In this document: positions 56,457-64,000 of the stretch, one piece after another
How positions within the stretch are numbered: position 1 is the stretch's first letter
Layout of the letters: each line of letters opens with the position of its first letter
From: Sedimentisphaerales bacterium
GTDB lineage: Bacteria; Planctomycetota; Phycisphaerae; Sedimentisphaerales; Anaerobacaceae
DNA length: 64,000 nucleotides
NCBI GenBank assembly: GCA_963708075.1
Contig: OY970194.1
Span: forward strand, 4,448,001 to 4,512,000
Reading direction: 5' to 3'
The notes under the pieces: generated by a model
Databases searched by the model: none
Seen by the model: the letters and a program-made list of their open reading frames with translations, nothing else
What the model was told of the DNA's origin: nothing
Made by a program: the position numbers and the translations under genes

Positions 56457-59277
56457 TCATTGGTAGGATGCCACGATGGAATAGTGCCTACGATCCGGCC
56501 GCTCGATGCGCAGCCATTCTTTGGGTACGTCGAAGTCTGTCCAGGGCTGCCCGTTGACAGTCGCCGAGCGGATCGGCTTGCCCTGTGGATGACGCAGGCG
56601 GACCATGAGAACACGGGGTGAGGCACGGTCCGGCATGTCGATCTCCACGGCAATCATGCCGGCGACGGCGTAGCTATCCACTTTCATCGACAGCCGCCCG
56701 TAGTACGTCGGGGCTCGCTGGACTTCGATGCTCTTGCCGTGCTCCAGCCACTTCCTCGGCGTCGCCTGCAACAGCAGCAGCGTGTCGTCATCAAGTTCAC
56801 GGATGAGCATGTTGCGGTAGAGCTCGAACCAGGCACCGTCGGTGCTGGGCGGGCCGAAATACTGGCCCCAGGCCCAGCGATGTTCCACCGGCTCGAAGAC
56901 CGAATGACTGAACGCACAGGCCATCATGCTGTAGAACGCGCGGATCACAGCCTTAGGGTCGTCGCGAAACAGGTAGGCCGTCGCCTGCTGATTGTAGACC
57001 GGCTCATTCGCCATTCCCCAGCCGCCGTAGAAGAGATTATCCTCGTGGTCCTGGAGCAGGCACGTCGTCAGTCGTCCGGCCGGATCGAGCGCCTTCAATC
57101 GCGACAAGTGCAGGGCCCCCGTATCCACGTCCGTCGGGTACCACTGCTCGTACAGCCGCCCGGGCCGGGTGGCCTCGCAAGGTACGTATGGAGTCCACGT
57201 GTGATCCCGCAACTGCACCAGCGGGGAGTGCATAGTCGCAGCGCCAAAGCCCCGCTCGATCGCCCGCCTGAAGTCTCGCGCCGCTGCCAGGCACTCTTGC
57301 GCCCGCGGATGATCGATCTGCTTGAGCATCCTGCCGAACACATCCAGTGCAGCATAAATGTATGCCTGGTTGAAGGCCCATACACCGTCGCCCGTCAAGT
57401 CGTTGAGCGGAGCACGGACCAGTCCGCCCAACGGGCCCTGCCGCCGAATTTCGGCGAGGCACCAGTCGAGGGCCTTGAGCGTATAGGGCATCAACCTGTC
57501 CAGGGACTCGCGGTCACCGGACAGCAGATAGTTCTGCGCAACCGCATAGATCATGCCCGGCGTATACACGCCCCAGTTTGCATAGCCGCCGACGTGGCCG
57601 TTCGCCTCCTGGTTGTTGCGATACATCACCAGGAGTTCCTCCGCAGAGATGTTGTGGTAGCCGCGCAGGTCGTAGAGCATGTAATCCACATACACCGCCT
57701 GGTTGACCGGCCAGGGCGTCCCCTGCTGGCCGTACGCGAAATTCGAGTATGGCAGATCGATCTTGACGTCCTCGCCCGCGCCCCCGTGCCGGCGCGGCAG
57801 CCGCAACGCATGCCACAGATTCGTCCGGAACAGCTCGTTCACCGCCGGCTCGGGGACACGGAATTGTGCCCCGCGCCAGGTAGTCCGACCAGAAAGCCAG
57901 CGTTCTCGACCGTGCCTGCGAGTAAGACAAGCCGGCGAGCTTCTCTCGATCTTCACAGGCGACGACGGGCGAGGGCAGCTTGATAAGGATCTCTCGCGAA
58001 CCCTTCGCAGCCAAGTCGAAAGAAATCGAAGCCTGCCAGGTTCTTGCCTTCGACTTCTTGTCCGTGTCCGGCGGCGTCGATTCGCGAATCTCGCCGACCT
58101 TCAACCCCGCGCCTTCCATCTTGAAAAGGACCTCATGCGTGACACTACTCTCAAAGAGGGATGTATCTCGCCCGCTCTCGGCTGCGACCTGCGGTCGCGC
58201 GGATTCGGGCAGGTCTCTCTGATGGTTGATTTGGATGGAAACCTCTCTCTCCGAGTCACCCAGGTTTGTGACGATGAGCTTTTGCATCAGGACCATAGGA
58301 ACATCGCCGCGGCGTTCCTCCGGCGGGCCGCTCAAAGGATAGGCGAATTGCTCGACTTCATAGCAGATGGCGCCTTTCTCCAGGATCGTTGTGATGACCG
58401 GCAGGCCATCCGTCAGTCGCTGTCCTTTCCAAGAGTTGGCGACTCCTTGTGTCAGGTCGCCAAAATCGTACCAGAAGCGCAGTTTGTCCTGACTGCCCAA
58501 GTCGCTCCAAATGCCCGCGCCGCGGTCGATGCCGAACTTGGGGACTGCACTGTCCCAGGTGACGCACACGATATGACCCGGGAATGGCTGCGACGGGTTC
58601 ACGTACTTCGGGCTGCCCATGTCCTCCCACCGGGCCGTGCACTGTTCATAGGTCGCCTCCGGCTCAGCGTGAACCTGATCCAGAATGCCTTTGCCCCGCC
58701 ATGGCTGCAGTTGCACCTGATGCTCGTCAAAGGTGGTCGGTGTGTCGCCGACGGCCAAATAGATGTCGAGTGAAGGCGCCCAGAGAGCCTTGTTCCGCAA
58801 GAGTTGATCGACAGTCACGCTGAATCCCTGCGTGCCCTGCTCATCCGTTTGAATCGTCAGCTTGCGCGCGTCCGGGCGAAACGCCGGATCGCCGCGCAGG
58901 CGGCTCGCCGTATCCGCATCGCTGTGCTCGAACAAGTACTTCCAGATACTGTGCAGGTTCTGAATCTCCTTGATCGGCATGTCGGCATAGCGCAGCGTGA
59001 GCAGCAGACCATCTACGTCGCCGGCGCCGGCGGCCGTCCGCCAGAGCCCTTCCTCAAGCCGGTCCCCTGATTCCATGCCCTCGGCCAATGTGTCGGCGAT
59101 CTCCACCTGTTCCGTCAGAACCCTGATCTGGAACACCCTGGCACTTGCCGACCGATGGCCCCAGGAAATGTGCACTTTCAATTCATCGCGCGGCTCTGCC
59201 GCCATCAACGTCGAAGCCGACATCACTGCACAGATGGATAAGAGAGTCGCTTGCAGCATTCGCAGACGGTTCTTCAT
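56457..59277 (-). pseudogene. large secreted (alpha/alpha)6-type glycoside hydrolase-like protein, frameshifted near 57870
   Basis: frame 1 MKNRLRML...FWSDYLARG switches to frame 2 AQFRVPEPAVN...APTYYG...IVASYQ at gcgcgggg (57869-57877); about 940 aa if repaired. Confidence 0.75.
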
Positions 59278-59288
59278 GTGGTCTCCTC

Positions 59289-61244
59289 TCATGGATTGCC
59301 TCTGCTTCCGATCTCGGCATAGGTCCAATGCGGCTCCCAGCCGTCGGGCAGGACGAGGACTGGGCCGTCCTTCGTGGCCCCGTGGACGGCGCGAAGGGCC
59401 TTGCTCTGCCCGCCAATCGTCGGTGCATCGCGCAGCCACATCAGGCCCATCGGGGCGCCGGACCGCGTTGGATCGCCGTCCTCCTGTATGTTCCCCGTGA
59501 AGAGCACGTATTGGCCGTCGGGCGAGACGACGCCGCCGTAGACGTGGCGTCCATCCTCGCCATATACCAGGTGTCTCTCGCGGCCTTCCGCATCCGCCAT
59601 CCACAATTGCGTCCAGCCATCCTTACTGCCGGCCTGATTCGCGGGCCGATAGGAGAAAATGAGATTCTGCGAGTCGGGGAACCAGTCCGGCGTGCAGTTG
59701 TCCACCCGGCTCACGGCATTGACTTCGCCCGTGACCGCGTTCATCCTCGCGACCGACCAGCCCGTGCCGAAGGAATTCGCGACCCCGCACAGCCACTTCC
59801 CATCCGGCGACCACGTCACCTGCTGAAAGAAGCCCTTGCGCTCCAGGGTGCGGAGAACCTTCTTTGTGGCCCGCTCCACGAAGTAGATGCCCTTTTCGGA
59901 CATGCACGCGATCCGGTCGCCGTCGGGCCCCCACGAGGCCCAGGTGTACTCACCGTCCTTTCCAAAGACCTGCGGGTTGCCGCCGTCACTGTCGGCGAAG
60001 ACGAGCGCGCCCTGCATGCCGTACCGATTGGGCTCGATGTCCTCGTTTTTAGGCAGGCGTCTGTAAAGGAGCCTTCGACCGTCCGGCGAGAATCGCGGCG
60101 ATGCCTCGTTATAGGCAGGTGTATTCGTGATGTTGCGAACACCGGAGCCATCCGGCCTCATGAGAAACAGGTCCCAGTCCCTCGCCCCCGTCCGTGCACC
60201 GTAGACAATCCAGCCCTTGTCCCGCACTTCTTTGGCAAGCTCCGCAACAGGGGTATCGGCCGCTTGCGATGTGATATCCGCTAAGGTCCAGTGCGGCTCC
60301 CAACCCCGACCCAGGTCCAGCATGGGGCCGACCGTGGGCGTGTCCTGGTATCGGATGACCGCCATGGTAGTCTGCGAGTTATCGACTTCGCCGAGGTCCT
60401 GCTGCGATCTCGTGAAGAGGATGTACTTGCCGTTCGGCGAGACGCACCCGCCGTAGATGTGACGGCCTTCCTCGGCATAGAGCATCTGCCGCTCGTCCCC
60501 TTCACCGTCAGCTATCCAGAGCTGTGCCCAGTCCATTTTGCCCGGGACGATCCCGCGCGAGTAGATCACGTGCCGGCTGTCGGGGAACCAGTCGGGGGTG
60601 CAGTTGTAGCGGTCTGTCTCACTGACAGCGTTGATCTGCGCCGAGTCGGCGTTCAGCCTGCCGATGGCCCATGCGACGCCCAGCCCGTTGGCGGTGCCGG
60701 CGAACCATTTGCCATCCGGCGACCAGACGAGTTGCTGCACGATCCCCTTGCGGGCAAGGGTGCGAACGACCTTCCGGCTGGACAGGTCAACGATATCGAT
60801 TCCCTTGATAGACAGGCAGGCAAGGCTTTTTCCCTCAGGCCCCCACGACGCCCATTGAAACCCATTGCCCCAGACGTCCGCGTTGGCGCCATTGGCATCG
60901 GCGACGACAAGCTCATAGAGGCCATACTTGTTGTTGTCTACTGGGGTACCTTTGGGAAAACGATAGTACAGGAGCTTGCGTCCATCCGGCGAGAACTTCG
61001 CCCCGGCCTCATTGAACGCGGCGGTGTTCGTGATATTGCGCCGATCCGAGCCATCCGGCCGCATGAGGTACAGGTCCCAATCCCCCGCGTCGGTTTTCGC
61101 ACTGTAGACGATCCAGCCCCTGCCACGCAGCTCATTCGCCAGCGCTGTCACCTGAAGATCAGAAGCCTCCTTCTCTTGGGCGAATCCCAATACGGCAGCA
61201 CACGCGATGGTCACGAACACAATCGTGATGCCACGAACTCTCAT
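59289..61244 (-). CDS. TolB-like (PD40) beta-propeller protein with two tandem homologous domains
   Basis: signal peptide; duplicated GWIVYSA..WDL.LMRPDGS...NITNT...FSPDG...WSPDGKW...GWEPHWT units. Confidence 0.88.
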   Translation of the reverse strand: MRVRGITIVFVTIACAAVLGFAQEKEASDLQVTALANELRGRGWIVYSAKTDAGDWDLYLMRPDGSDRRNITNTAAFNEAGAKFSPDGRKLLYYRFPKGTPVDNNKYGLYELVVADANGANADVWGNGFQWASWGPEGKSLACLSIKGIDIVDLSSRKVVRTLARKGIVQQLVWSPDGKWFAGTANGLGVAWAIGRLNADSAQINAVSETDRYNCTPDWFPDSRHVIYSRGIVPGKMDWAQLWIADGEGDERQMLYAEEGRHIYGGCVSPNGKYILFTRSQQDLGEVDNSQTTMAVIRYQDTPTVGPMLDLGRGWEPHWTLADITSQAADTPVAELAKEVRDKGWIVYGARTGARDWDLFLMRPDGSGVRNITNTPAYNEASPRFSPDGRRLLYRRLPKNEDIEPNRYGMQGALVFADSDGGNPQVFGKDGEYTWASWGPDGDRIACMSEKGIYFVERATKKVLRTLERKGFFQQVTWSPDGKWLCGVANSFGTGWSVARMNAVTGEVNAVSRVDNCTPDWFPDSQNLIFSYRPANQAGSKDGWTQLWMADAEGRERHLVYGEDGRHVYGGVVSPDGQYVLFTGNIQEDGDPTRSGAPMGLMWLRDAPTIGGQSKALRAVHGATKDGPVLVLPDGWEPHWTYAEIGSRGNP

Positions 61245-61371
61245 ACGATCACTCCTCAATGCACACAGTTCAACCTTGATCAGTATGATACCACACAGGA
61301 GCCGAGGCGCCATGTCTACGCTCGCATAGACGTGCTTACGCGTGCGCAAGCATAGCAACCGAAAGTAAAAG

Positions 61372-61429
61372 TTGACAACAGCCGGGACAGGGCTTAAACG
61401 TTGCTCTGTGCCGGGACTGTTGTCCCGGC
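61372..61429 (+). promoter_or_regulatory. putative promoter with palindromic operator upstream of the enolase operon
   Basis: TTGACA-17-TAAACG; gccgggac-tgtt-gtcccggc at 61410-61429 with a half-site at 61381. Confidence 0.45.
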
Positions 61430-61458
61430 GGAGAATGTCCAAGTAGGGATCGTGCGAT

Positions 61459-62862
61459 ATGAAGACAGACATCAGTCCGGTCGGCGTTGACCTGTATTTC
61501 CTGCCGGTGCAGACGAGGGTGCCCCTGAAGTTCGGGCCGGAGACCCTGACTTCGGTGATTTGTGCACGGGTGTGCATGACTGTCGCCAACACCGAGGGAC
61601 AGCGGGCTCAGGGCTGGGGCGAGACGCCGCTGAGCGTGCAGTGGGTCTGGCCGAGCAGCATCAGCTACCAGGAACGCTGTGACGCCATGCAAACCCTCTG
61701 CCGCAATCTGGCGGACGCCTGGGCCGACTTCACCGGCCACGGCCACCCAATCGAAATCGGCCATCGTTTCAACGAGACGGTGCTGCCGCGACTGCTCAAG
61801 AAACTCAACGCGAGCCGTGGCGCCCGCGCGGAACCCATGCCGTGGCTGGGGGCACTGGTCTGCTGCTCGCCGTTCGATATCGCGCTGCACGACGCCTATG
61901 GGCAGCTCCTCAACCGCCCGGTGTACTCGACCTATACCCGTGAGTTCATGAACGACGATCTGGCCCATTTCCTGGAGCCTGCCGCGGGCACGAAGGTGTC
62001 CTTCAACGGCAAGTATCCGGTGGATTTCCTGAACTTCCCGCCGGCCCGGCAAATGCCCGCCTGGCACCTCGTGGGCGGCAAGGATTTGATCGACGCGTCG
62101 GAGTTGACGGGAAGTGAGCCAAAGGACGGGTACCCGGTTCTCCTGGCGGATTGGATCGAGCGGGATGGCCTCACGTGTCTCAAGGTGAAATTGCGGGGCA
62201 ATGACGCCGCGTGGGATTACGACCGCCTGGTCAAGGTCGGCAAGATCGCCATCGAGCACAATGTCCTCTGGCTGACGAGCGATTTCAATAGCACGGTAAG
62301 CCAGCCGGCATACGTCACCGATATCCTGGACCGGCTGGTGCGGGAGCATCCTCGCATCTACGGGATGATGCTGTACGTCGAGCAGCCGTTCCCGTACGAC
62401 CTGGAGGCCAACAGGATCGACGTTCACAGCGTCTCGGCCCGCAAGCCATTGTTCATGGATGAGAGCGCCCACGATTGGCGGCTCATCCGGCTCGGCCGGC
62501 AACTGGGTTGGACAGGCGTGGCCCTCAAGACCTGCAAGACGCAGACGGGAGCCCTGCTGAGCCTGTGCTGGGCCAAGGCGCACGGTATGACCCTCATGGT
62601 CCAGGATTTGACCAACCCCATGCTGGCCCAGATCCCGCACTGCCTGCTGGCGGCCCACGCCGGCACGATCATGGGCGTCGAAACGAACGCGATGCAGTTT
62701 TACCCGGCGGCCTCGGCCCCGGAAGAAGCTGTCCATCCCGGCCTCTACCAGCGGCGAAACGGCCAGGTGGACCTGTCCACCGTGAAAGGCCCCGGATTTG
62801 GGTACAGGCTCGAAGAGATCAAGCGGCAACTGCCCGAGAAAGCGGCAAGTTTCTCGAAATGA
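61459..62862 (+). CDS. mandelate racemase/muconate lactonizing enzyme (enolase superfamily) protein
   Basis: PFDIALHDA, LKVKL, DFN, YVEQP, MDESAHDW, ALKTCK. Confidence 0.88.
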   Translation: MKTDISPVGVDLYFLPVQTRVPLKFGPETLTSVICARVCMTVANTEGQRAQGWGETPLSVQWVWPSSISYQERCDAMQTLCRNLADAWADFTGHGHPIEIGHRFNETVLPRLLKKLNASRGARAEPMPWLGALVCCSPFDIALHDAYGQLLNRPVYSTYTREFMNDDLAHFLEPAAGTKVSFNGKYPVDFLNFPPARQMPAWHLVGGKDLIDASELTGSEPKDGYPVLLADWIERDGLTCLKVKLRGNDAAWDYDRLVKVGKIAIEHNVLWLTSDFNSTVSQPAYVTDILDRLVREHPRIYGMMLYVEQPFPYDLEANRIDVHSVSARKPLFMDESAHDWRLIRLGRQLGWTGVALKTCKTQTGALLSLCWAKAHGMTLMVQDLTNPMLAQIPHCLLAAHAGTIMGVETNAMQFYPAASAPEEAVHPGLYQRRNGQVDLSTVKGPGFGYRLEEIKRQLPEKAASFSK

Positions 62863-62884
62863 GGAATCTTCAGGAGTGGTCCAG

Positions 62885-63721
62885 ATGGCAAAGTTGAGTG
62901 CGTTTGCGGATGAGGCGGTGGAGGATTTTCGCGGACAGGTCGAGTACCTGGTGAAGGAGAAGGTTGGGTACATCGAGCCGCGGTTCTTCAGTAAGAAGAA
63001 TATCATGGACCTGACGCAGCAGGAGCTGAACGAGGCCCGCACGCTGCTTCGGGATCACGGCCTGAAGGTCAGCGCCATCGGCTCGCCCATCGGCAAGGTC
63101 CGGCTGGACCAGCCATTCGAGCCGCACCTCGAAAAGTTCAGGCACGCCATCGAACTGGCCGAGTTCTTCGGCACGCCGTTCATTCGCATGTTCAGCTACT
63201 ACGCCCCCGAAGGCAAGAACATCGACGATTATCGCAGCCAGGTCATGGAACGCATGGCGGCCAAGCTCAAGCTCATCGAGGGCACCAATGTCACGATGGT
63301 CCATGAGAACGAGGCCAACATCTACGGGCACTCGGCCCAAAGCTGCGCGGACATGGCCAAAACGATCAACTCGCCCAAGTTTCGCTTGGCCTACGATCCG
63401 GCCAATTTCGTCTGGGGCGAGAAGATCACGAACAATGTCGAGGTCTGCTGGCCCGTGATGAAACCCTACGTCGTGCACATCCACATCAAGGACTGGAAGC
63501 TCGGCGCTAAGGATGTCGGCAGCATGCCGGGCGAGGGCGACGGCCAGATCAAACAACTGCTGGCAGAGCTGGCCGCCAGGAAGTACGGCGGATGCGTCAC
63601 GATGGAGCCGCACCTGGAAGCGGGCGGCCAGTTCGGCGGCTCGACGGGCGTGGAGCTGTTCTCCAAGGCCATCGCCGCCGTCCGGCGCATGGCCAAAGAG
63701 GTAGGCCTGAAACTGAATTGA
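62885..63721 (+). CDS. sugar phosphate isomerase/epimerase (TIM barrel) family protein
   Basis: LSAFADE, SAIGSPIGK, HENE, DPANF, HIHIKD, MEPHL; AGGAG RBS. Confidence 0.88.
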   Translation: MAKLSAFADEAVEDFRGQVEYLVKEKVGYIEPRFFSKKNIMDLTQQELNEARTLLRDHGLKVSAIGSPIGKVRLDQPFEPHLEKFRHAIELAEFFGTPFIRMFSYYAPEGKNIDDYRSQVMERMAAKLKLIEGTNVTMVHENEANIYGHSAQSCADMAKTINSPKFRLAYDPANFVWGEKITNNVEVCWPVMKPYVVHIHIKDWKLGAKDVGSMPGEGDGQIKQLLAELAARKYGGCVTMEPHLEAGGQFGGSTGVELFSKAIAAVRRMAKEVGLKLN

Positions 63722-63730
63722 CCCATTGGA

Positions 63731-63810
63731 CACGGACGAACACGGACTGTCACCGACTCTCACGGACATCGCCGTCCGTGTCGGTCTGTGCTTGTCCGTG
63801 TTTGTCCGTG
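63731..63810. repeat. inverted decamer arrays (CACGGACnnn)x4 / (GTCCGTGnnn)x4
   Basis: cacggacgaa cacggactgt caccgactct cacggac ... gtccgtgtcg gtctgtgctt gtccgtgttt gtccgtg. Confidence 0.8.
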
Positions 63811-63836
63811 CAAATCGAGATTGAGGAGTCTGGACT

Positions 63837-64000
63837 ATGAGGACATGGAACTTCGGAGTGGTCGGGGCCGGGTTGATCGCGGATTTTCACGCGAGGGCGA
63901 TTCGCGACATTCCCAACGCGCGATTTGTCGCGTGCTGCGATGCGGTCGCGCCCAAGGCGCAGGCCCTGGCCGCCAAGTACGGGGCCAAGGCGTTCGGCAG
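63837..64000 (+). CDS. Gfo/Idh/MocA oxidoreductase, N-terminal part (runs off window)
   Basis: GAGGAG RBS; MRTWNFGVVGAGLIADFHARAI Rossmann motif. Confidence 0.85.
   Translation, partial: MRTWNFGVVGAGLIADFHARAIRDIPNARFVACCDAVAPKAQALAAKYGAKAFG

Noticed and set aside
1..64000. tRNA, rRNA or known riboswitch genes
   Set aside because: No cloverleaf, rRNA or consensus riboswitch signature recognised by eye; a tRNAscan/Rfam run would be needed to exclude them formally

Overview
High-GC bacterial chromosomal window. Its gene repertoire (PA14/LamG secreted protein, sulfatase, GH28 and DUF2961 hydrolases, ECF/anti-sigma operons) suggests a Planctomycetota, probably Phycisphaerae/Sedimentisphaerales-like, genome; this is inference. 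Housekeeping genes (murD, ubiE/menG, pyrF, pckG, guaB-guaA) and carbohydrate-catabolism or efflux genes alternate with small accessory patches. These carry an AAA ATPase + DUF4276 pair, DUF2442, two FRG-domain genes, ORF6N, a 1509-aa TIR-CHAT-NTPase-TPR protein, an HNH-AP2 endonuclease and an ankyrin lipoprotein. Intergenic DNA is dense with palindromic miniature elements. A GGGTGGC...GCCACCC family has about 8 copies with compensatory changes, one translated in frame inside an anti-sigma gene and one nested three levels deep. There are also GTAG-tagged REPs, MITE-like elements and 7/9/10-mer arrays. A conserved leader/RBS module (with a clear promoter in two of three copies) precedes three unrelated cargo ORFs that each end at GGGAC/GGGGTCA motifs, suggesting a cassette-like expression slot. 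No transposase, integrase, tRNA, rRNA or CRISPR array was recognised. All domain calls come from motif recognition by eye, not database searches.
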